Below the pieces are notes generated by a model. That model made no database searches and was not told the DNA's origin. It worked only from the letters and a program-made list of their open reading frames with translations. A DNA stretch of 26,005 bases from the IMG/VR virus record IMGVR_UViG_3300037479_000144, positions 1-26,005 of that record, one strand, 5' to 3'. Each line of letters starts with the position of its first letter. Positions within the stretch are counted from its first letter, which is position 1. Shown one piece after another: positions 1 through 8,067 of the stretch. The DNA is from a virus. Lineage: Duplodnaviria; Caudoviricetes. The position numbers and the translations under genes were made by a program.

Positions 1-991
1 ACCACACATAGATATAAACAGCACCCGTACCACCATTGCCACCCTTACTGGCTAAAAAACCATTTAAGACAGCACCTCCACCTCCCCCACCTCCTCCAGG
101 TGATGTGCCATTTCCACCACTCCCACTATTAATACTTATACTAGAACCACCGCCACCACCACCAGATCCCGGCATAGGTGGATTAAATACGGTAGCAAAG
201 GTACCACCCCCGGCCCCTGTACCACCACCACCACCCCCAACTGTGGAACCTCCCTGATAAGCGTAACCACCCTTACCGCCTCCACCCCCGCTATTTGTGG
301 CATTGGCAGAAGTCACAGCCCCACCACCCCCACCGGATCCACAAGCCATATTAGAAAATGATCCACCAGTACCCCCAGAAGTACCACCAGATCCACCAGT
401 AGATCCCGGATAGGTTGCGATATTTCCTGCTGTTCCTGCTGTTCCGCCAGTCGATGATGTGCCACCGCCCCCGCCACCACCACCACTAGCAAAAGCTAGA
501 ATTCTACTAGATGAAACATCAACTATCTGACTACTACCACCAGCAGTGCCACCATTTCCATTGGTATCATTAGTACTTACCGCGGCCCCGCCTACACCAG
601 CCCCACCGACAGTAACACTAAGATTAAACCCAGGGATATCAATATTTCTATAGGTGATATCGGTCACTCCACCACCCCCACCACCACCCCCACCAGTTCG
701 GCTGGTCGAGGTGGCGCCCCTCCTCCCGGTTCCACCCCCACCACCACCACCTATAACAACCATACGTATATAGTTAGCATTATTAGGTATGGTGTACGTA
801 TACGATCCAGGTGTGGTGTATACAATGGTTTGTGGTGTAAAATAATCTGAAGTTACAGCTAATACGCCATCTTTATCAGGTAAAGATAGACTACGGTTTT
901 CTGTTGCTGATGGTATAATCTCAGTTTTTATACCAATATCATTAATCAAGATGATTTTATCGCTATCACCAGATGTATTTTGTGTACTCAT
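1..991 (-). CDS. Glycine-rich virion/tail-fibre-associated protein (3' end at window edge; missing from ORF track)
   Basis: ATG at 991-989 opens a frame that stays open to position 2: MSTQNTSGDSDKIILIND...YTTPGSYTYTIPNNANYIRMVVIGGGGGGG...GGNGGTGAVYIYVW. The 'TTPGSYTYTIP...VIGGGGGGG' start and 'GGxGxVxIxxW' end are typical of phage Gly-rich tail domains. The stop is probably just outside the window. Confidence 0.8.
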   Translation of the reverse strand, partial: MSTQNTSGDSDKIILINDIGIKTEIIPSATENRSLSLPDKDGVLAVTSDYFTPQTIVYTTPGSYTYTIPNNANYIRMVVIGGGGGGGTGRRGATSTSRTGGGGGGGGGVTDITYRNIDIPGFNLSVTVGGAGVGGAAVSTNDTNGNGGTAGGSSQIVDVSSSRILAFASGGGGGGGGTSSTGGTAGTAGNIATYPGSTGGSGGTSGGTGGSFSNMACGSGGGGGAVTSANATNSGGGGGKGGYAYQGGSTVGGGGGGTGAGGGTFATVFNPPMPGSGGGGGGSSISINSGSGGNGTSPGGGGGGGGAVLNGFLASKGGNGGTGAVYIYVW

Positions 992-998
992 ACTTAAA

Positions 999-1014
999 TT
1001 AAGCAGCTTTACTA
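999..1014. repeat. Palindromic gene-end motif A (TTAAGCAGCTTTACTA)
   Basis: Abuts the TAG stop of 1012..2103; one of about 14 copies in the window. Confidence 0.85.
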
Positions 1015-2103
1015 AACTATATCAACAGTACCTACACCGTTTGTCACAACCCATGTAGTATTTTCAACAACACATAATAATTCTAGAGAAGCTTTAGAAG
1101 AATTTGTATTAGTTAATTCCGTATCAATTCTTCCGCTTGTACCTGCTGTTGTTGATAGTCCCAAATAATGTATCTGCTGTGAAGCATTTTGAGATATTCT
1201 CCAGCCCCCAGCACCAAAACCAGCAACTTTGATAATTGTCCCTAATGCTGCCGTACTTGGTAACGTTAGAGTTACTAAAGCAGCATTATTTGCAATATAT
1301 CCGTTATCAGCAGTCATTGCTTGTGTAGTGCCTGTTACATTGTTCCAGGTAAAATTAGAGCCACCCGAAACACTCGACCACGTACCATCACCACGTAAAT
1401 AGGTTGATGAGGTGGCAGTACCACTACCCAATCTAGAAGGTGCAATTATACCTGATGCAATTTCTGATGCATCAATACTGGTATCACCGATCGATATCCA
1501 ATTAGAATCCGTTGAGGCGGGGGTAGCTGATAGAATGTAACTGATTCCATTGTCAGTTTGTTTTGCTATATCACCTATTTGAACATCGGTTAATGCCAGC
1601 CTAGCCGCTTGATTAGCTACTACTTGAATGCTAGTAATGGCGATATTAGGAATGATAGAAGGATCAAGCACACCCCCGCTTTGTAATACAGGTATGTCAC
1701 CTACTGATGAACCCGTATTTAGTAAAGCCGCGCTACCTAAACCTAGCATACTTCTAACTGTTGAGGAGTCCACCGCCTCAATAGAACCCGTACCAGCGGT
1801 GTTACGACCTAATAGAAATCCACTACTGATATTTTGCATTTTTGCAAAAGTTACAGTATTTAGGGCGATCGTTGGATTTGGGTAGGTACCAGTCAGATCA
1901 CCACCCGCATTACCACCCGGCGTGGGATTCCCCCATGTTGGAATTGTGCCAGAGCTAAGCAGGGCTTGCCCCGATAAACCTATACCCAATCTATCTAAGT
2001 TTCCTGATGAGTTTCTGTAATAAATATCACCTTGGGCATCAGAACCTAGAACGGTCTTAATATTACCAACTAACGTATTATTCCAGCTATTTTGAAAAGT
2101 CAT
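1012..2103 (-). CDS. Tail fibre protein
   Basis: 363 aa, rich in G/S/T/N, with fibre-type motifs GGDLTGTYPNPTI, LGLGSAA, SSTYLRGDGTW and LTLPSTAALG; adjacent to the Gly-rich gene. Confidence 0.7.
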   Translation of the reverse strand: MTFQNSWNNTLVGNIKTVLGSDAQGDIYYRNSSGNLDRLGIGLSGQALLSSGTIPTWGNPTPGGNAGGDLTGTYPNPTIALNTVTFAKMQNISSGFLLGRNTAGTGSIEAVDSSTVRSMLGLGSAALLNTGSSVGDIPVLQSGGVLDPSIIPNIAITSIQVVANQAARLALTDVQIGDIAKQTDNGISYILSATPASTDSNWISIGDTSIDASEIASGIIAPSRLGSGTATSSTYLRGDGTWSSVSGGSNFTWNNVTGTTQAMTADNGYIANNAALVTLTLPSTAALGTIIKVAGFGAGGWRISQNASQQIHYLGLSTTAGTSGRIDTELTNTNSSKASLELLCVVENTTWVVTNGVGTVDIV

Positions 2104-2564
2104 TATAAAACCTCGAAATTACCTATTATTTCAGTTGCTACCCATTCATCAATAATGTACTCAAGTCTGAGATAATCACCTAAATCATAAGAGTTGATTG
2201 CACCCGCCACACCTAGAGTAGTTGTCGTGTTGCCTAATCTGATTCTATGGGACATATCAGATTGCTGAATTTTAAAACCAGCAATACCACTATTTTTAAA
2301 TGCTAATACACTCCCATCTAATGGGGTTTGTGTAGGCAGGGATAGGATTATTCTGCTTATATCATTCCGGCAATCATACCCATAGTTGAAAGTGATAATT
2401 GAGTTATTAATTCGTATAACCCATAGTAGTTGATCGCCCTGGTTCCCATTGTTATTATTGATTACAAAGACTTTAACTAATTCTGCCGTTTTGCATTCGC
2501 ATAATAATTCAGCAGATTTTTTGTTTTCTAGTAGATTCGCATTAAATGATTCAGTAATTGTCAT
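2103..2564 (-). CDS. Putative tail-fibre-associated protein
   Basis: 153 aa with AGGA RBS; its C-terminal half resembles the C-terminal domain of 1012..2103; 1-nt stop/start overlap with that gene. Confidence 0.6.
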   Translation of the reverse strand: MTITESFNANLLENKKSAELLCECKTAELVKVFVINNNNGNQGDQLLWVIRINNSIITFNYGYDCRNDISRIILSLPTQTPLDGSVLAFKNSGIAGFKIQQSDMSHRIRLGNTTTTLGVAGAINSYDLGDYLRLEYIIDEWVATEIIGNFEVL

Positions 2565-2578
2565 CCAAATTCCTGGGT

Positions 2579-2920
2579 CTAAGTTATTTGAGTTATCCTC
2601 TTTATTATCTGAATTTTCCCTCCTACAGCATAAAATCTATTACCCGTCGTACTGCTAGCAAATAAGACATCATATTGATAATTTCCTGCGATAATATCAA
2701 CTGGATAATCATTGAAAGCAATTGATATAGTAAACAAATCTTTGCTCACTATATGAACTCTAGGCGATAGAATTACTAGGTTTGATTGGTTATTGGTTCG
2801 GATTTGACAGTAGCCGGAATACCCGTCTGATAAATCAGGCGCATTACATAATTTGAAAGATGCTTCATAATTAGCACCTATCTCAATTGAATTATCATTA
2901 ATCAGATCGATTATCACCAT
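2579..2920 (-). CDS. Putative virion structural beta-sandwich protein
   Basis: 113 aa; pattern IEIGANY...YSGYCQIR...GNYQYDVLF...GKIQI is common in small phage baseplate/fibre-associated proteins. Confidence 0.55.
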   Translation of the reverse strand: MVIIDLINDNSIEIGANYEASFKLCNAPDLSDGYSGYCQIRTNNQSNLVILSPRVHIVSKDLFTISIAFNDYPVDIIAGNYQYDVLFASSTTGNRFYAVGGKIQIIKRITQIT

Positions 2921-2949
2921 TACATGAATCTCTTCTCTAGTAAAGCAGC

Positions 2950-4362
2950 TTAACCATTGCTACTTAGTAGCCAATTATATTCATTTGTCACATAATCATA
3001 AATACCGCTTATACAGTCTCCCAAATCTGTTACCAACGGTTGCCTTTTATTAGAAAATTTAGTAATTAATTTGCAAAATTGATCACGATCTCTCATCCCC
3101 GCCTCAATCATCAAATCACCTGCACACATGGCATTCCCTGCTGGAATGGCGCGTTTGACTTTATCTATAGAAGGCCTATATCCAAATACCTGAAAAATAC
3201 CTTTTTTGATTAGCCTATCTTGCATGATTGCTACATATTTCTCACCCGTTGATCCAGGTTCTAATTCGATCAATTGCACCGATTTAGAACCATCAGCAAG
3301 CGCTAATCTTTCAATTTGTGCATCACCTTCTAATGGTGATAATTTCTCAGCTGTCCAATCAACGATGGACATTTTATTGGTATTCAGAATATATCTAATC
3401 TTGACTGATGCAGAATAGTACAGACTATCATTTTTATCATCGTCGTCATCGGATGCGGCTAGATCGTGATATCTAAATTCAATGTATTGCCAGGATGTTA
3501 GGTCGCTAGTATCAATAAATTGGAAATCCTTAAATATTTTTCCCCCTTGGCTGTAATCGCTTGGCTCCGCATCCAATTCTTCACTAGCGCGATTTCCATA
3601 CATTTTGTAGATACCACTAACCCATTCTTCTTCTTTTTCTATTGACCATACATCCTTTTTCTTTGCACAAACCCGCTTAAATAATCCCTCTTTAACAGCT
3701 TGCTTGAAACTAACTCTATGATGTGTGTATGGCAGATTACCCGCTTTTACACTTTCTATTAAATGATTGAAATCGCTATCAATACCCGCATGAGTTGAGA
3801 GTACTCTGATAGTACCACCGTGAATAATTGCAGCTAAACCAGCAGCTAGAATATCATCCAATGAATCAGCACGATAAGCCGCTTCATCAATGTAGATATC
3901 CCTACCAGAATATGATCTGAGATTGACCGCATCCCCCGCTAAACCCGTAATAGTTCTACCGTTTAAAAATCTAATTTCAAATATGTTTAAGTCTCTCTCG
4001 TTGACTACTTCCTGATAAGAAATAATTTCAAATATAGTATTAAATGTTCGGGCCCAATATGCCGCATCTTTGATAAATTGCTTAACGGCTGCTTTATTGT
4101 AACTGGATACAATACTATCTCTCTGGTTGCTAACTGCTCTAAAAGATGCCCTAAAAGCATAAGAAAAAGATGCCCCAATTTGTCGACCTTTTTCAACAAT
4201 TGAGACTAATGATTCATCAGTAACTAGTGTATTTTGATATGGGCAAAAAATGGGTATTCCTTGCCAAAAAGTCTCATCAACAAGATCTATATTTGTCTCT
4301 TGTTTATTATTTAAATTTTTCTTAATTAAATCACCCGTATTTATTATCAAACCTTTAAGCAT
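2950..4362 (-). CDS. terL: Terminase large subunit (Mu gp28-like ATPase plus RNase H-like nuclease)
   Basis: Walker A region EKGRQIGASFSYA, Walker B IYIDEAA, coupling motif VLSTH, C-terminal nuclease motifs RYHDLAAS and DLGDCISG. Confidence 0.9.
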   Translation of the reverse strand: MLKGLIINTGDLIKKNLNNKQETNIDLVDETFWQGIPIFCPYQNTLVTDESLVSIVEKGRQIGASFSYAFRASFRAVSNQRDSIVSSYNKAAVKQFIKDAAYWARTFNTIFEIISYQEVVNERDLNIFEIRFLNGRTITGLAGDAVNLRSYSGRDIYIDEAAYRADSLDDILAAGLAAIIHGGTIRVLSTHAGIDSDFNHLIESVKAGNLPYTHHRVSFKQAVKEGLFKRVCAKKKDVWSIEKEEEWVSGIYKMYGNRASEELDAEPSDYSQGGKIFKDFQFIDTSDLTSWQYIEFRYHDLAASDDDDDKNDSLYYSASVKIRYILNTNKMSIVDWTAEKLSPLEGDAQIERLALADGSKSVQLIELEPGSTGEKYVAIMQDRLIKKGIFQVFGYRPSIDKVKRAIPAGNAMCAGDLMIEAGMRDRDQFCKLITKFSNKRQPLVTDLGDCISGIYDYVTNEYNWLLSSNG

Positions 4363-4921
4363 CGCCCTCTCCTAAAATAGCAGCCTTGATTAGTGCGATC
4401 GCTTTCTTATCATTAATAAATTCAGCATCGGGGGAAATATCAAATGATTCAATAATCTCATTGCTGATTTTATTAGCAGAATTTAATATTTTTCTAGCGA
4501 TCGCGCTGGGTATTACACCCTCTGAGGCCAATGTATTAACGGCTTTGACAATGCTTGACTCTTTTAATGATTCTTGTATTGCCCAAGCAGGAACACCTAG
4601 ATGCTTGGTGGTTCTTGTAGTTTCAAACTCACTATTACCATCATCAATGATGCGGTGTTTCTGTGTGATCGTGTGCTGAGTTATACCATTCTGTAGAGCT
4701 TCATTAATTCTAAGTAATGACATCATATAGTTCTCATCTTTAAGATGTTGCAGAACTATACGCTTTGTTTCTCTAAATTGACTTTCAAATTCTTTATAGG
4801 TTTGTTGCCATGAAATGATATGCGACGCGTCCAAACCCATAGATTCTATGGTTTTGTAGAAATCCCCTTTATTATTAATATATCGAGATAAAAATCTTTG
4901 CTGTTCCGGCGTTAAACCCAT
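4355..4921 (-). CDS. Probable terminase small subunit
   Basis: 188 aa directly upstream of and overlapping terL; HTH-like N-terminus LTPEQQRFLSRY. Confidence 0.6.
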   Translation of the reverse strand: MGLTPEQQRFLSRYINNKGDFYKTIESMGLDASHIISWQQTYKEFESQFRETKRIVLQHLKDENYMMSLLRINEALQNGITQHTITQKHRIIDDGNSEFETTRTTKHLGVPAWAIQESLKESSIVKAVNTLASEGVIPSAIARKILNSANKISNEIIESFDISPDAEFINDKKAIALIKAAILGEGDA

Positions 4922-5022
4922 AAGATTATGTTATAGTAATTTTAATGTGTCCATTGTAACCCTGATACGGGGATGAACACAATAGACATAACAAAAATGT
5001 GTAATCCGGTTAAATTGAATTT
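4922..5022. promoter_or_regulatory. Divergent control region between the packaging and tail operons
   Basis: Intergenic between divergent genes; imperfect inverted repeat TGTGTCCATTGT (4946-4957) / ACAATAGACATA (4979-4990). Confidence 0.5.
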
Positions 5023-5544
5023 ATGCCAAAAATTAACATTAAACCCCGAACAGGAAAAGACTTTTTTGAATTCACACAAAGAACTATTATCAATACCAAA
5101 TTAGCCCAAGAATGGGCTATAGAGCAATTTGTCTTGATCGATGATCGGCCAATAACAATAGAGGAAATTAGCCGCCTGAAAACAGATATTTATATCAAAT
5201 TAACTAGTAGTATTTTTACTAACAACATCACCCCCGCCTCTGAAGACAACACAGGAATAGAAATAGAGGGAAACTACATAAAAATAAAACGTTTATCTAG
5301 AGATTTTGTAGCTGAATTGCAAGCTGTTATAAAAATAGCTAATGGTAACACATTAAAAATCATGAAATACTGTTTGACAGAATTTTATGATATTAGTGTT
5401 TCCGAATTGGAAAATATGCCCTATCAAGTAGCGGCTTATTTATTTAATAAAATCAACTTTTTTCTTGGGGAATTGTCCGAATTTAATGACGAATTTTATA
5501 TTGATGAGCTATTCGATCCAGATCCCGGATCAGTTATCGCCTGA
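5023..5544 (+). CDS. Probable tail assembly chaperone
   Basis: 173 aa immediately upstream of the tape measure gene; ISVSELENMPY...INFFLG ending resembles P2 GpE / Mu gp41-type chaperones. Confidence 0.65.
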   Translation: MPKINIKPRTGKDFFEFTQRTIINTKLAQEWAIEQFVLIDDRPITIEEISRLKTDIYIKLTSSIFTNNITPASEDNTGIEIEGNYIKIKRLSRDFVAELQAVIKIANGNTLKIMKYCLTEFYDISVSELENMPYQVAAYLFNKINFFLGELSEFNDEFYIDELFDPDPGSVIA

Positions 5545-5626
5545 CGCTTGGATCTATTGGTATAAAGAAGCAATTAAATTTGTTAAAAAGCAAATAAAGC
5601 AGCAGCAGCAACAAAAACAACATTGA
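5459..5626 (+). CDS. GpE'-like frameshift extension of the tail chaperone (or a 46-aa ORF from ATG 5486)
   Basis: The +1 frame is open from 5432 to TGA 5624-5626 and reads ...IPDQLSPDAWIYWYKEAIKFVKKQIKQQQQQKQH; T-run TTTTTTC at 5458-5464. Confidence 0.55.
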   Translation, partial: FFLGNCPNLMTNFILMSYSIQIPDQLSPDAWIYWYKEAIKFVKKQIKQQQQQKQH

Positions 5627-5711
5627 GATTGAGGCGGGGAGATGGTTCTTCTGGTAAAGCTGCTTTACTAGGGACAACAAAAACAAAATTGAGATTGAGG
5701 CGGGGAGATGG
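5609..5711 (+). repeat. 37-bp direct repeat x2 (1 mismatch) flanking a 29-bp spacer that contains palindrome A
   Basis: CAACAAAAACAA(C/A)ATTGAGATTGAGGCGGGGAGATGG at 5609-5645 and 5675-5711. Confidence 0.9.
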
Positions 5712-7681
5712 CAACTGAAGTTATTAATGTGGTGTTGCAATTAGTAAATAATTTTACTAAAGGGATTGATCAAGCCACTAGCAAAGTAGTCAGCTTTAAA
5801 AATAGAGTTGATACCCTTGCGGGTGCTTTCACCCCGCTTTCTATTGCTGCGGGTGCTGCTTTAGGTGTATCTACCAAACTAGCAGCCGATTTTGATAAAT
5901 CGATCCAGGGTGCGGTTAGAGGATTGGATCTAGCCGCTAATGAGGTAGAAGGATTTAGGAAATCTGTAAGACAATTATCAGCCGATCTACAATATCAATT
6001 CTCGTCGACTGAATTGGCTAATATCGTTACAGAGGCGGGTAAATTAGGGGTTGCCAAATCTGATGTAGATGATTTTGCTAAAATCATGGCAAAAGTAGCG
6101 GTAGCTACTGATCAGAAAGAAAATATAGAAAAAATATCAAGTAATGCTGCAAAAATAGCCTCAGTTTACAAATTCAATACAAAAGCAACAGAGGAATATT
6201 TAGCAGCAGTTAACAAATTAGATGATGCCACATCAGCAACATCTAATGAGATATTAAATTTTACTCAGAGGGTATCAGGATCGGCTAGTTCTGCCAAAAT
6301 TGCTGGTACTCAGATCGCTGCTTTTGGCGCAACTTTAATCAGTTCCGGTAAAGCACCAGAAACAGCCGCGACATTTATGAATAAATATTTATCTGTTTTG
6401 GGTGCTGCTACTAACTTAAGCGAGCCAGCACAAAGAGCATTATTAAAAATAGGTTACTCAGCTACCGATTTGTCAAAGAGATTTGATAAAGATGCGATCG
6501 GTACAATGCAAGAATTTCTAAACCGCATTAAACAGTTAGATACTGTTACTCAACGTGAGATTTTAGGAAGAATTTTTGGGCAGGAACACGTAGGATCCGC
6601 ACAATTGTTGGTGCAACAAACGGATTTATTAGCTAAATCTTTACAAGAAGCAGGAAACACCACAGGTAACATTAATAAGCTTAATAGTGAATTTGATAAA
6701 TTTGCTAAAAATTCTTTTCAAGGACAGATGAACGCTTTTAATAATTCATTAGGTGAATTAGGAATAACCATCGGTACGGCTATTTTACCTGGATTAAATA
6801 CTCTACTACAAACTGCTATTATACCCTTTGTAAAACACATCTCTGCATTGGTTGATCAATACCCCCAATTGAGTACTTTTATAGCTGCATTTTTGGGTAT
6901 CACAGCAGCTATTGCCCCATTCTTAATGTTAGTATCAGCTATTGGTAGTTTCATAACGGCTGTTCCTATCTTACTTGGTGGAATTACTGCTGTAGGTGTG
7001 GGTCTATGGGCGGCATTAGCTCCACTATTACCGATAATTGCAATAATAGGTGCGATCGCCGGTGCAGCTTATCTGATATACAAAAACTGGGAACCTATAA
7101 AGGGGTTTTTTACAGGTTTATGGAATAGTGCGTATAAATCAGTTTCAGATTTTGTCAGTAATGGTATTAATAAAATAGTAGAGTTTGGTAATTGGGTAAT
7201 AAGTCTAGATAGAAAATTCAGGGAAGCGGCTATTAATTGGGGTAGAGGATTGATCCAAGGGTTTATTGATGGATTGCAATCGATGTACGGCAATATTCAA
7301 TCAGCTATGGATAACTTCACTAAGTGGTTGAGGCAGTATCTACCCTCATCTGATGCCAAGAAGGGGGCATTGTCAGATTTAACAGCTAGCGGTCGTAGTA
7401 TGGCTGAAACTTTTATGAATGGTGTTAATAGCTTTGATTTAAACAGAGGTATTAACAATCAATTGGCTAATAGAGGCGGGGTGGGTGTTGGAGGATTGCA
7501 ACCAGCACCGATCTTTAGTAGAAATTCGGCAACCCCCGCCTCTAATAACACTTACAACATTAACTACACTATTAATGGTGGTGGTAATGATGATTTAGTT
7601 AAGCAGCTTAAACAGAGGGATAGAGATTTATTAGACATAATTAATAAAGGCAATCAGCGAGTTAACAGGAGAACGTATTAA
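5708..7681 (+). CDS. Tail tape measure protein (TP901-type core)
   Basis: 657 aa, Ala-rich and helical, with AADFDKSI, ELANIVTEAGKLGV and LGRIFGQEH, then a hydrophobic segment and IYKNWEPIKGFFTGLW repeats. Confidence 0.92.
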   Translation: MATEVINVVLQLVNNFTKGIDQATSKVVSFKNRVDTLAGAFTPLSIAAGAALGVSTKLAADFDKSIQGAVRGLDLAANEVEGFRKSVRQLSADLQYQFSSTELANIVTEAGKLGVAKSDVDDFAKIMAKVAVATDQKENIEKISSNAAKIASVYKFNTKATEEYLAAVNKLDDATSATSNEILNFTQRVSGSASSAKIAGTQIAAFGATLISSGKAPETAATFMNKYLSVLGAATNLSEPAQRALLKIGYSATDLSKRFDKDAIGTMQEFLNRIKQLDTVTQREILGRIFGQEHVGSAQLLVQQTDLLAKSLQEAGNTTGNINKLNSEFDKFAKNSFQGQMNAFNNSLGELGITIGTAILPGLNTLLQTAIIPFVKHISALVDQYPQLSTFIAAFLGITAAIAPFLMLVSAIGSFITAVPILLGGITAVGVGLWAALAPLLPIIAIIGAIAGAAYLIYKNWEPIKGFFTGLWNSAYKSVSDFVSNGINKIVEFGNWVISLDRKFREAAINWGRGLIQGFIDGLQSMYGNIQSAMDNFTKWLRQYLPSSDAKKGALSDLTASGRSMAETFMNGVNSFDLNRGINNQLANRGGVGVGGLQPAPIFSRNSATPASNNTYNINYTINGGGNDDLVKQLKQRDRDLLDIINKGNQRVNRRTY

Positions 7682-8058
7682 TGGGTTATATTGCATTAGC
7701 TTATGGTTCTGTTTTGTCTTTATCATCCGAAGAAATTTTAAATATTAGATGGTCAAAAAAATTTCAAATTAATAGTATACCTACTATTAATTTAACCGAG
7801 ATAACACAACCGGGAAATCTAACAGCTACAGAAATAGAAGTTCAGGCTAGAATTACATACAATGCCAGATCTGTTTTTAATAACTGGACGGGATTAATCG
7901 CAATCAAACCGCTAGAACAATTAGTATTATTTACCAGTAACTTAGGTAATTATTATTTAATAAGTTTGGATATTAATACCAATGAATTAGATGATAATGG
8001 TGATATTTTACGATTAGACATGACTTTATCATTCAAGGAAAATATAAATTTCGGCTAA
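7681..8058 (+). CDS. P2 GpU-like tail (tube initiator) protein
   Basis: 125 aa after the tape measure gene; LGNYYLISL...DDNGDILRLDMTLSFKE C-terminus matches the GpU pattern. Confidence 0.65.
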   Translation: MGYIALAYGSVLSLSSEEILNIRWSKKFQINSIPTINLTEITQPGNLTATEIEVQARITYNARSVFNNWTGLIAIKPLEQLVLFTSNLGNYYLISLDINTNELDDNGDILRLDMTLSFKENINFG

Positions 8059-8067
8059 TCAAAAATT

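Noticed and set aside
36-257. Pro-rich 73-aa ORF on the plus strand
   Set aside because: Antisense shadow of poly-Gly codons in the real minus-strand gene 1..991.
60-760. C-rich/G-rich tracts resembling G-quadruplex or microsatellite
   Set aside because: Fully explained by GGN codons of the Gly-rich protein.
3430-3452. DDDDDK run in terminase resembling a FLAG/enterokinase tag
   Set aside because: Lies in a natural acidic loop after the DLAA nuclease motif; no other sign of engineering.
5609-5711. Bona fide CRISPR array
   Set aside because: Only two repeats, no typical terminal motif or dyad, the repeat contains an RBS and ATG, and no cas genes are present; kept only as an unexplained repeat.
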